From: Patescibacteria group bacterium
GTDB lineage: Bacteria; Patescibacteriota; Microgenomatia; UBA8517
DNA: 64,000 nucleotides
Assembly (NCBI GenBank): GCA_035692185.1
Contig: DASSIE010000010.1
Location: 2,879 to 66,878 of the forward strand
Reading direction: 5' to 3'
Part shown: one piece after another, positions 47,934 to 57,238 of the stretch
Layout of the letters: each line of letters opens with the position of its first letter
Numbering within the stretch: the first letter of the stretch is position 1
Position numbers and translations under genes: made by a program
The notes under the pieces: model-generated
Seen by the model: the letters and a program-made list of their open reading frames with translations, nothing else
What the model was told of the DNA's origin: nothing
Databases searched by the model: none

Positions 47934-50683
47934 TTAAGCGTGATACTGTTTTTCTGATGTTGATTTTGATCTTTGTCTTTTTTAATTTATTTTTGCCATT
48001 TCCACATATTGCATCCGATCTTCACCTTAGTTTTAAAGATCAACTTTTATCCCAATTTTCCATTCCTTCAGCTTGGACATCTAGTGGTTCTTCTGGTCTT
48101 GGACAATCTGCTTCTCTTTTACTTTGGAATTGGCCAATAACATTTTTGTTTGGGGCTTTTGGAAAATTAGGAATGTCCCACCAATTTCTGCTTAAAATTT
48201 TTGGTTTCCTTCCGATTATTTTACTTGGTATTTTTTCACTTAATAAATTTTTTGAAAAAATAAAAATTTCTGAAAATTCAAAACTTGTCGCGAAAGTGTT
48301 TTATATGACAACTACATATTTTCTACTTTTAGTTGATGGTGGACAATTATCAATCGCCCTTTGTTATGCATGGTTTCCTTTTTGCTACATTAAGTTTATT
48401 GAATGTGTTGATGGTAATATATCTGACAAAATCGTCGCTGCTTTGTCTATAACCATTTTAGGATTTTTGGATATTAGATTTATATATGTACTATTAATAC
48501 TAATATTCCTTCATTTTATATTTAACTTAGTTTTTTTGTCATTCAAGGAATGGAGTTCACATATTGGTAAATGGTTCAATGCCATTTTTGCAATTGGAAT
48601 AATCGGTATCACCATTAATTTTTATTGGATTTTGCCGATTATTTTATCAAGGTCAACAGACGCTTCGTTGTTAAATATTCGTGAGTCTCAAACCCATTTT
48701 TTAAATTTTACTCAGTTTAAAAATGCAATCTCCCTCCTTCAGCCACATTGGTATAGAAATATTTTTGGAGTGATATCTGCATTTAAAAAAGAGTTTTTAT
48801 TTATACCACTTCTGGCCTTTATGTCACTATTTATGTATAGGAAAAACAAAAGAGTGTGGTTTTGGACCCTGATAGCAATAATTTCAGTTTTTTTAACAAA
48901 AGGAGATAACCCTCCATTTTCAGGAATTTATCCGTGGTTATTTACACATATACCTGGATTTTTCCTATTCCGCGATTCAACAAAGTTTTTCTTTTTAGTT
49001 TCCCTTTCGTATGCAGTTTTAATTTCGTATACAGTTGATAGTTTAATAAAAAGATTACCAAAAATTAAAATTATTTTTCCTGTTTTATTAATTTTATTTT
49101 TCCTTTTTTTAACGAGACCTATTTTCCTTGGTCAGATGACAGGAATATTTTCAAAGCCTTCATATACGGATGAGTATTTATCTCTTGGAAATAAACTTGA
49201 GAAGGACACATCATTTGGAAGAGTATTGTGGCTACCTCTCAAAGCCCCAATGGGTTTTGCATCGTTAACGCATTCAGGAATTGAAGCTAATAGATTGGAA
49301 TCAATTCGCCCATTTGCTATTGGTACGGTTGGGGCATATGAAACGCAAAACTTTATTAGGGAAGCAGACTACATGGGTGAGCTTTTTAGTATTGCTGGGA
49401 TAAAATATATTACATATCCATATCTAGATCCAAAGCGTGACGATATGTTAAAAGAAAAAGTAGATTATTATGGTACATTCTCAAATCAAATTAAAAGTTT
49501 ACTTTGGGTTGGCGACACAGTTTCCGATTTTCCAATATCAGTTTTTAAAACAAAAGAAAATGAGGGAAAAATTTTCCTTTCCAAAAATACGTACTATGTG
49601 GTCGGTTCTGATAGATTGTATTCAGATATTGTAAAATTAGGCGCGAAATTTAAAGATAACGCTTTAGTATTTGTTGAAGAAGGCAAAAATTTAATAAATA
49701 AAATTGTAGAAACACCAGGTGCAAATATAATTGTTTATGATAAAAATCTTACAGATTTAGCACTATCCTTCACCCAAACCAGCAACTTTATTTCACCAAG
49801 TTCAATTCTAGGATTTTCGCCAGGCAAAACTGGCTGGTGGAAAAGGGAAGCAATCGACTTGGTATGGACTCGCGATTTTTTGCAACAAAAATATGGCATT
49901 GATAATTTAGATTTTGATTACGGGGAAGGGTGGGCGATTGCTGAAGGAGATAGGGAATTAACAATTACCAATAACCAATTTACAAAAGGGAAAATACTTT
50001 ACGCAAGAGTTATGGAAAGCAGTAGAGGCGGGAACATTGAATTTTGGCAGGGGAACAATAAACTTGGGGAAGTAAATACAAAAATTGAAACTCCCGAGAA
50101 AGTTGTAATAAAACTAACAGGAAACGTTACCTTGCCAGATAAATTTTATAGATATGATAAAGCAAACTTTCATTGGGTGAAAATTGGAGAATTGTTGAAT
50201 AATTCTAATTTAACAATAAACACAAAAGGTGACATAAACATACTTAACACTTTAGCTGTAATTTCAAAAGAACAGGAAAACAATATTTTCCAAAGTGTTG
50301 ATAAATTAGTAAACGACAAAAAAATAGTAGAATGGGATAGTCTAACAATTAGCGATAAGAAAAAATTGCTGTTTGGCGCAGACACACCAATCGTTTCATA
50401 CACAACACTTTCACAAACGCATTACAAAATTAAGGTCGAAGGATTAAAAAATCCGACCACTTTATTTTTTTCAGAGACCTTTGATAGTAATTGGGAGTTG
50501 AATAATCAAAAAGGATACAAACTGTACAGTTTTATAAATGGTTTTTGGATTGACCATAATGGGGAATACGATCTTTATTTTTCCCCGCAAAAATATGTGC
50601 TTCCAGGGCTCATTGTAAGCATGATAACTCTAGCTTCTTGTATAATGTTTCTTATATGGAAAAGATCAAAGAAATCTTCCTAA
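47930..50683 (+). CDS. Giant GT-C-like membrane protein (YfhO/AftD-like architecture), paralog 3 of 3
   Basis: 917 aa. Polytopic N-domain, large soluble domain, C-terminal SNWELNNQKGYKLYSFINGFWIDHNGEYDLYF, then the final TM LIVSMITLASCIMFLIW. Same C-terminal module as the other two. Confidence 0.4.
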   Translation: MIKRDTVFLMLILIFVFFNLFLPFPHIASDLHLSFKDQLLSQFSIPSAWTSSGSSGLGQSASLLLWNWPITFLFGAFGKLGMSHQFLLKIFGFLPIILLGIFSLNKFFEKIKISENSKLVAKVFYMTTTYFLLLVDGGQLSIALCYAWFPFCYIKFIECVDGNISDKIVAALSITILGFLDIRFIYVLLILIFLHFIFNLVFLSFKEWSSHIGKWFNAIFAIGIIGITINFYWILPIILSRSTDASLLNIRESQTHFLNFTQFKNAISLLQPHWYRNIFGVISAFKKEFLFIPLLAFMSLFMYRKNKRVWFWTLIAIISVFLTKGDNPPFSGIYPWLFTHIPGFFLFRDSTKFFFLVSLSYAVLISYTVDSLIKRLPKIKIIFPVLLILFFLFLTRPIFLGQMTGIFSKPSYTDEYLSLGNKLEKDTSFGRVLWLPLKAPMGFASLTHSGIEANRLESIRPFAIGTVGAYETQNFIREADYMGELFSIAGIKYITYPYLDPKRDDMLKEKVDYYGTFSNQIKSLLWVGDTVSDFPISVFKTKENEGKIFLSKNTYYVVGSDRLYSDIVKLGAKFKDNALVFVEEGKNLINKIVETPGANIIVYDKNLTDLALSFTQTSNFISPSSILGFSPGKTGWWKREAIDLVWTRDFLQQKYGIDNLDFDYGEGWAIAEGDRELTITNNQFTKGKILYARVMESSRGGNIEFWQGNNKLGEVNTKIETPEKVVIKLTGNVTLPDKFYRYDKANFHWVKIGELLNNSNLTINTKGDINILNTLAVISKEQENNIFQSVDKLVNDKKIVEWDSLTISDKKKLLFGADTPIVSYTTLSQTHYKIKVEGLKNPTTLFFSETFDSNWELNNQKGYKLYSFINGFWIDHNGEYDLYFSPQKYVLPGLIVSMITLASCIMFLIWKRSKKSS

Positions 50684-51921
50684 CAGCTACTTTTAGACAG
50701 TCAAGCCTAACGACTTTTGGAACAATTGCCAATGGCTTCCTAGGTGCAATTTTTTACATTCTTGTTGCAAGAATGTTGGGGCCAGCACAATTTGGACTTT
50801 TTAGTATAGCTACACTTGTTTTAAACATGGTGGCAGATATTGGGGATTTGGGAACAAATACTGGACTTGTTAGGTTTGTAGGTGGAAATAGAGTTAACAA
50901 CCCGGAAAAAGCAAATAGATTTTTAAAACTTGGGTTAGAGGTAAAAATATTGGCATCTATAGTTATTGGAGTAGTTGGGGTCTTGGCGTCTTCCTGGATT
51001 GCAGTTTTCTTATTTAAAAAACCCGAACTTACTAATCTTTTACAGTTTGCATTTATCGGTGTTTCTGGTTCGTTACTTTTTTCTTTTATTTTGACAACAC
51101 TGCAAGCATATGAACGTTTTTGGTCGTGGAGTTTAATTCAAGTAATATCCAATAGCGGAAGAGTGATATTAATAATATTTTTTTATAATTTTTTAACGGT
51201 TTCACCAATTACTTCAATGGGGATTTATATAGTTATACCACTATTAAGTTTTATAGCGGGTCTTTTCGTGACTTCAACACGATTTTTTAAGGTAAGAGGG
51301 GAGACTTCAGAAATTAAAGAATTTTTTCATTACAACAAATGGGTGGCCCTATTTACCTTGATTGCAGCTTTCTCTGCACGTCTAGATAGTTTTCTAACTG
51401 CAAGATACTTAACTTTTTTTGAGATTGGAATTTATGCGGCTGCCACACGTGTTACACAAATAGTTCCTCAGATTGTTGGAGCAATTTCAACAGTTGTGGC
51501 ACCAAAAATGGCAGGAATTGGTACAAAAAGTGAATTCATAGAATATATGAAAAAGACTCAACTTTTTGTTTTTTCAATCGCACTTCTTGGGATACTGTCA
51601 ATTCCAGTAATCTCCTATTTAATTCCAATCATTTTTGGCAGTGCTTATTCGGCTTCAATACCGATATTTATAGTATTACTTTTTGCAATGTTATTTTTAT
51701 TAATCTCAATACCAGTACACACTGCAGTTTTTTATTATTTTTCCTATCCTAAACTTTTTGTCTGGATAAGCACCGCCCATTTAATTATAGTGGCTCTAAG
51801 TGGGTATTTCTTTATCCCCACATATGGGGTTATGGCGATAGCATACAGCGTATTGTTTGCTGGTATAGTTGATTTTGTGGTTCCTGGTATTTGGGTACTT
51901 AACAAATTACGAAAGGCATAG
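50638..51921 (+). CDS. wzx: Wzx-type oligosaccharide/polysaccharide flippase (MOP superfamily), intact
   Basis: FGTIANGFLGAIFYILVARMLGPAQFGLFSIATLVLNMVADIGDLGTNTGLVRF. About 12 TM helices. The true start is possibly MEKIKEIF at 50656. Confidence 0.6.
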   Translation: MYNVSYMEKIKEIFLTATFRQSSLTTFGTIANGFLGAIFYILVARMLGPAQFGLFSIATLVLNMVADIGDLGTNTGLVRFVGGNRVNNPEKANRFLKLGLEVKILASIVIGVVGVLASSWIAVFLFKKPELTNLLQFAFIGVSGSLLFSFILTTLQAYERFWSWSLIQVISNSGRVILIIFFYNFLTVSPITSMGIYIVIPLLSFIAGLFVTSTRFFKVRGETSEIKEFFHYNKWVALFTLIAAFSARLDSFLTARYLTFFEIGIYAAATRVTQIVPQIVGAISTVVAPKMAGIGTKSEFIEYMKKTQLFVFSIALLGILSIPVISYLIPIIFGSAYSASIPIFIVLLFAMLFLLISIPVHTAVFYYFSYPKLFVWISTAHLIIVALSGYFFIPTYGVMAIAYSVLFAGIVDFVVPGIWVLNKLRKA

Positions 51922-51931
51922 ATTTCAAAAA

Positions 51932-52639
51932 ATGAGTATATATGCACATTGTCTGGTTAAAAACGAGGAAAACTTCATATGGTATTCTGTTGCCTCAGTA
52001 GTTGAATATGTCGATAAAGTTATGATTTGGGACAACGGGAGCTCAGACAACACAATCAAAGTAATTGAGGCATTAAAAAACAGATGGCCATCAAAGATTG
52101 ATTTTAAAAAGTTTTCAGGAGAGGTATCTGAAGCAAGGCAGCAAATGATTGGTGTTACAGATGCAGATTGGTTTATCATTTTGGACGGCGATGAAGTATG
52201 GTGGAATGAATCGATTAAAAAACTTGTTGCGGTTATAAACGAGGATGGTAAAAATCTTGATTCGATTGTTGTTCCATTCAAGAATTTGACACGAGACATG
52301 TTTCATTTTCAAGATGAAGGTAAAGGCAAATACAAAATCGATGAAAAAGAAGGTTTTTTGACAATAAAAGCAATAAATATGAAGATTGAAAATCTTCATA
52401 TAGGCAACGAATATCCATTTGAGGGTTATTTTGGTAAAAACAATATCCCTATACAGAACTTAATTTCAAAAAGAAGGGTTTTTTTAGAAACTCCTTATCT
52501 ACATCTAACGCATTTAAGGAGGTCAAGCAAAAAGTCTGAAAAAATCAAAAAACGAAATGGTCTTAGTTTTCCGCTAGATTTTTATTATCCGGAAGTTTTT
52601 TTTAGGCCCCGCCCAGATTTTATATTAACTCCATGGTAG
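51932..52639 (+). CDS. GT-A fold (GT2-like) glycosyltransferase
   Basis: MSIYAHCLVKNEENFIW...VMIWDNGSSDNT...ILDGDE (DXD). Start moved to the ATG after the flippase stop. Confidence 0.45.
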   Translation: MSIYAHCLVKNEENFIWYSVASVVEYVDKVMIWDNGSSDNTIKVIEALKNRWPSKIDFKKFSGEVSEARQQMIGVTDADWFIILDGDEVWWNESIKKLVAVINEDGKNLDSIVVPFKNLTRDMFHFQDEGKGKYKIDEKEGFLTIKAINMKIENLHIGNEYPFEGYFGKNNIPIQNLISKRRVFLETPYLHLTHLRRSSKKSEKIKKRNGLSFPLDFYYPEVFFRPRPDFILTPW

Positions 52640-53403
52640 AAAAACAGAAAGTTTGGGAGACTAATAATTATTATGATAAGGCTCATATTAGTAGTTTGGA
52701 TCTAAACAATCCCGGGATAAGACTTCTTTTAAATTTATCAAAAAAAAGTCGTAAAATTCTTGATTTAGGCTGTGGTGACGGATCAAGGTTGTCATTGCTT
52801 TCAAATGTGGGAACGGGCGTTGATGTGAGTGTGAAAGCCATTAGTATTGCAAAGAAAAGATACCCTAAATGTAAATTCATAATTGGAAATTTAGAAAACC
52901 TTACTTTTCCAAACGATTCATTTGATTTACTGTATTCTGCGTATGTTTTTGAACATATAGACAATGTTGAAAAGGTTATAAATGAAATAAAACGAGTATT
53001 AACACCATCTGGAAATTTAGTAATAATATGTCCGAATTATGGTGCTCCCAATAGAGCGTCCCCACCTTTTACAGGATCTAGAATTAATAAATTTATTTCA
53101 GGATTTTTGAATGATTTACTTAATGTTTTTAGACACGTCAAGACTTTGAACTGGGTAAAAGTAACTCCAATAAAAGGTGAATACAAATCAGATTTTGATG
53201 TAACAATTGAGCCGTATTCATTGAGTCTGTCTAAATATTTAGAAAGTAATGGATTTTTGGTGGAAAAGAATTTTCAAACCTGGGAGTATGAATTAGAAGC
53301 TGCCAACATTCTTCAAAAAATATTTAGATTTTTGGGACTAGTTGGCATTTATCCATTCTATTACTGGTCTCCACATATCGTTATTCAAGCTAAAAAGATA
53401 TAA
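52633..53403 (+). CDS. Class I SAM-dependent methyltransferase
   Basis: ILDLGCGDGSRLS motif I, FDLLYSAYVFEHI post-II, LTPSGNLVIICP. Confidence 0.55.
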   Translation: MVEKQKVWETNNYYDKAHISSLDLNNPGIRLLLNLSKKSRKILDLGCGDGSRLSLLSNVGTGVDVSVKAISIAKKRYPKCKFIIGNLENLTFPNDSFDLLYSAYVFEHIDNVEKVINEIKRVLTPSGNLVIICPNYGAPNRASPPFTGSRINKFISGFLNDLLNVFRHVKTLNWVKVTPIKGEYKSDFDVTIEPYSLSLSKYLESNGFLVEKNFQTWEYELEAANILQKIFRFLGLVGIYPFYYWSPHIVIQAKKI

Positions 53404-53429
53404 TAACCTAGAAACTGTTTATTTTTAAA

Positions 53430-54086
53430 ATGCACATAGGAGAAACTACACTTGAAATTATGAGTAAGGCTAGTTGGTATAACAACTGGTTAATGCGTCA
53501 GATATCCGGATATCTAAATGGGGACATTTTGGAAGTCGGAGCTGGTATGGGCAACTTCACTTCAAAGCTATCAATTTATGGAAAAGTTACTGCTATTGAC
53601 TATGACGCAACTTACAAAAACGCAAATTATGGAGATATTGAAAACGGAAAGTATTATTTTGGCAAAAACAAATTGTTTGACACTATTGTTTGTATGAACG
53701 TTTTGGAACATATTAACAATGATAAAAAAGCATTAGAAAACATGTTTTCACTTCTAAATAAAGATGGCAAATTAATTTTGTTAGTTCCCGCACATCAGTG
53801 GGCATATGGCGAAATGGATAAAGGCCTTGGGCACTTCCGCAGGTATTCTAGAGGCGAAGTAGTTAGCAAACTTCAAGATTCCAAATTCGAGATTCTGAAT
53901 TCTCGTTATCTCAATTGGCTTGGTTTAATTGGATGGTTCTTTAATGCAAAAATTTTAAGAAGCGAGATTATTCCAGAAGGACAGCTTGGATTGTTTGATA
54001 AATTGGCTAGACCATTTTTATTATTGGAAGAATTTATTAACCCCCCATTTGGATTATCAGTTTTGGCAATCGGAGTAAAGAAATAA
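53430..54086 (+). CDS. Class I SAM-dependent methyltransferase
   Basis: ILEVGAGMGNFTSKL motif I, FDTIVCMNVLEHI, LNKDGKLILLVP. Confidence 0.55.
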   Translation: MHIGETTLEIMSKASWYNNWLMRQISGYLNGDILEVGAGMGNFTSKLSIYGKVTAIDYDATYKNANYGDIENGKYYFGKNKLFDTIVCMNVLEHINNDKKALENMFSLLNKDGKLILLVPAHQWAYGEMDKGLGHFRRYSRGEVVSKLQDSKFEILNSRYLNWLGLIGWFFNAKILRSEIIPEGQLGLFDKLARPFLLLEEFINPPFGLSVLAIGVKK

Positions 54087-54087
54087 T

Positions 54088-54792
54088 ATGTTACTTTCAA
54101 TAATTATCCCCGTTTTTAATGAAGAAGATACTGTAAGTGAAATACTAGAAAAAGTTATGAAGGTAAAACTTCCAAAGAAATTGCAAAGGGAAGTGATAGT
54201 AGTTAATGACCGCTCAACTGATAATAGTTTAAAGAAATTAAATGGAATTAGAGGCATAAAGGTTTTAAATCATAAAACTAATCAAGGTAAAGGTGCGGCG
54301 ATTAGAACAGGTATCCAAAATTCAACCGGTGACATTTTATTAATTCAGGATGCAGATCTTGAATATGACCCAAACGACTATCCAAGGCTTTTGAAGCCAA
54401 TTTTAGATGGTAAAACTAAAGTAGTATACGGGACCAGACTTAAAAATTATCCGATAAAGATTTTTGGCAGAAAACATACGCCTTTCTTAACTCATTTTTT
54501 AGGAAATAAATTTCTCTCTCTTATCACAAGAATACTTTATAGAAGTAAGGTTACCGATATGGAAACATGCTATAAGGTTTTTAATAAAGAATTAGTTAAA
54601 AATATTGTAATTAAATCCAATAGATTTGAGTTTGAGCCGGAAATAACTGCAAAAATTTTAAAAGCTGGTCATAAAATTCACGAAGTATCGATTAATGTAA
54701 TTCCAAGAGGTTATGATGATGGAAAGAAAATTACCTGGAGAGATGGATTTATAGCAATTTGGACTTTGGTTAAGTATAGATTCACAGATTAG
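54088..54792 (+). CDS. Dpm1/ArnC-like GT2 polyprenol-phosphate glycosyltransferase
   Basis: LSIIIPVFNEEDTVSEILEKV...VIVVNDRSTDNS...NQGKGAAIRTGIQNSTGDILLIQDADLEYDP...TDMETCYKVF. Confidence 0.65.
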   Translation: MLLSIIIPVFNEEDTVSEILEKVMKVKLPKKLQREVIVVNDRSTDNSLKKLNGIRGIKVLNHKTNQGKGAAIRTGIQNSTGDILLIQDADLEYDPNDYPRLLKPILDGKTKVVYGTRLKNYPIKIFGRKHTPFLTHFLGNKFLSLITRILYRSKVTDMETCYKVFNKELVKNIVIKSNRFEFEPEITAKILKAGHKIHEVSINVIPRGYDDGKKITWRDGFIAIWTLVKYRFTD

Positions 54793-54795
54793 AAA

Positions 54796-55740
54796 ATGAA
54801 AAAAATTGCAATTCTTAGTTTTTATAATAATCTTCTTGATCGCGGAGTTGAAAGCTGGTCAAAATTGGTTAAAGAGAAACTGAGGGAGTCGTTTGATGTA
54901 GAAATATTTAGTGGCAAAAGCTTTGGAAATAAAATTGATTGGGAAAATAAAAATTATCTATATTGGAGATTTTTACTATTAAAACACTCACTCCAGACTC
55001 TTTCAAAATGGAACAAATACGATATTATCATTCCAGCTAATGGTACAGTCCAAACCTTAATTTGTAGATTGATTACTTGGTTTAAGAGAAAACCAATGAT
55101 TGTTTTTGGGCACTCTGGTCCTGGAGCTGACGACAAATGGAACTTACTTTGTTCCCCTAATGTTTTTGTCGCATTTTCGTCTCATCAAAAAGAGTGGGCA
55201 GAAAAATTTAAACTTCCGTGGACAAAAATAGTTCTTATTCCACATGCAATTGACTTGAAAAGATTTACTCCAGCCAAGGTAAAACCAAATCAGAAAATTG
55301 TACTTTGTGTGGCGGCAAATGAACCAAGTAAAAGAGTGGATCTAGTCAAAGAAGCAGTAGATTTAATACCTGGAGCAAAATTTATGGCGGTCGGAAAAGG
55401 AAACGAAATTGAAACCTCATTTGGCAAAATGCCTGAGGTTTACAAAAAAGCTGATGTTTTTTGTTTTGTACCCCAACCCTGGGAAGCATTTGGCTTGGTT
55501 TTTTTGGAGGCAATGGCAACCAACCTTCCAATTGTGACAATTAATGATCCCGTGCGTAGAGAAATAGTGGGAGATGCAGGAATTTTTGTTGATCATCCTG
55601 AGGATCAACAGGAACTTTCTAGTGCAATTGAAAAAGCGCTAAATTCAGATTGGCGCAATATCCCCAGAAAACAAGCTGAAATGTTTTCTTGGGACACTGT
55701 AAAATCAAAGTACGAGAATCTCTTTAATAATGTAAAGTAG
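54796..55740 (+). CDS. GT4 family glycosyltransferase (short)
   Basis: FCFVPQPWEAFGLVFLEAMATNLPIVTINDP. 314 aa. Confidence 0.55.
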   Translation: MKKIAILSFYNNLLDRGVESWSKLVKEKLRESFDVEIFSGKSFGNKIDWENKNYLYWRFLLLKHSLQTLSKWNKYDIIIPANGTVQTLICRLITWFKRKPMIVFGHSGPGADDKWNLLCSPNVFVAFSSHQKEWAEKFKLPWTKIVLIPHAIDLKRFTPAKVKPNQKIVLCVAANEPSKRVDLVKEAVDLIPGAKFMAVGKGNEIETSFGKMPEVYKKADVFCFVPQPWEAFGLVFLEAMATNLPIVTINDPVRREIVGDAGIFVDHPEDQQELSSAIEKALNSDWRNIPRKQAEMFSWDTVKSKYENLFNNVK

Positions 55741-55750
55741 TAAATAAATT

Positions 55751-56509
55751 ATGAATTTATCAAAGTTTTATAACGACAAAATTAGATTGGGATATCATCC
55801 AATCGCCTCAGTAAATTTAAAAAGAGGTTTTTTAAAATCTCTAGTTTCTTATGATGATAGATTTGTAACAGTTATAAAATATCTTGAGAAGTTAATTGCT
55901 GGTCTTTATAAAAAAGAAAAAATAAAAGTTTTAGATATTGGAATCGGTGACGGGGTTTACGAAAGACTGTTGTCTGCTGAATCTTTGCATAAAGTTGATC
56001 TTTATGGGATTGATATCAGTAAAAATCAGATTAAGAGAGCAGAAAAATTTATTAAAGAAGGTAAAGTGGTAGATCTTGATAACCAAAATATTCCATATAA
56101 ATCGAATACTTTCGATTTGATAATAATATCCGAGATTTTGGAGCATGTATTTTATCCTGAAAATATATTGAATGAAGCTTACAGAGTTTTAAGAAGTGGT
56201 GGAAAAATGCTAATCACTTTCCCAAATTCAGGAGCATTGCAGTTAAGACTTTCTTTATTTTTAACCGGCAGGTCGCCACTTCTAAATTATACAAAAAATA
56301 AGGAACATATTAGGTTTTTTGATAAAGGAGATGTTTTGACAGCTTTTATAACAAAACCAAAAGTCTTATATCATCAAGGATTAAGTTCATTTGTTTTTGA
56401 TAAGTGGGATTTTCCAGTTAAAATTATAACGCCAAGAATTGCAGAAATTATCGGTAACATTTGGATGCCAAGATTGGCACTTGGAAACCTTTTAATACTT
56501 AAAAAATAG
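55751..56509 (+). CDS. Class I SAM-dependent methyltransferase
   Basis: VLDIGIGDGVYE motif I, FDLIIISEILEHV, LRSGGKMLITFP. Confidence 0.55.
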   Translation: MNLSKFYNDKIRLGYHPIASVNLKRGFLKSLVSYDDRFVTVIKYLEKLIAGLYKKEKIKVLDIGIGDGVYERLLSAESLHKVDLYGIDISKNQIKRAEKFIKEGKVVDLDNQNIPYKSNTFDLIIISEILEHVFYPENILNEAYRVLRSGGKMLITFPNSGALQLRLSLFLTGRSPLLNYTKNKEHIRFFDKGDVLTAFITKPKVLYHQGLSSFVFDKWDFPVKIITPRIAEIIGNIWMPRLALGNLLILKK

Positions 56510-56512
56510 AAT

Positions 56513-57238
56513 ATGAAATTATCTGTAACAATAATTACTTTAAATGAAGAGAAAGATTTATCAAGATGTTTAGAATCAGTAAAAAATTTTGCTGACGAAA
56601 TTATATTGGTTGATTCCGGAAGTAGTGACAAAACTCTCGAAATTGCAAAGAAGTTTGGTTGCAAAGTTTATACTCGTAAATTTGATAATTTTGCGAGTCA
56701 AAAAAACTTTGCAGCAGAAAAGGCAACTGGAGAATGGATTTTATCAATTGATGCCGATGAGCAGATAACGCCAGGACTTTTAGAAGAAATTAAGATTGCT
56801 ATCATTGATGAGAATTATAGTGGCTATTCCATTCCCAGAAAAAATATAATTTTAGGAAAATTTATAAAACACACACGTTGGCAACCAGAACTCGATCGCC
56901 ATATCTGGCTTTGGCAAAAGGGAAAAGGCAAATGGGCTGGAAATGTGCATGAGGAACTTTTAGTTGATGGAAAAATTGGAAAACTTAAAAATCCTAAAAT
57001 TCATTATCAATACGAGTCTGTTACAGAATTTTTGCAAATGATGAATAAATACTCGAGGTTAGAAGTTCGAAAGAGGTTTTCATTTGCAAGACTTATATGG
57101 GATCCATTCTATAATTTCGTAGTCAGGTATTTTTACAGACTTGGATTTTTAGATGGGCGAGAGGGGTTTGTTTTGTCTTACCTTATGGCAATATATCATT
57201 TGGAAGTTTGGGTTAAAGCTTGGGAGAAAAATAGATGA
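56513..57238 (+). CDS. GT2 family glycosyltransferase (paralog of 14822..15682)
   Basis: LSVTIITLNEEKDLSRCLESVKNFADEIILVDSGSSDKT...IDADE. C-terminal FLDGREGF. Confidence 0.6.
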   Translation: MKLSVTIITLNEEKDLSRCLESVKNFADEIILVDSGSSDKTLEIAKKFGCKVYTRKFDNFASQKNFAAEKATGEWILSIDADEQITPGLLEEIKIAIIDENYSGYSIPRKNIILGKFIKHTRWQPELDRHIWLWQKGKGKWAGNVHEELLVDGKIGKLKNPKIHYQYESVTEFLQMMNKYSRLEVRKRFSFARLIWDPFYNFVVRYFYRLGFLDGREGFVLSYLMAIYHLEVWVKAWEKNR

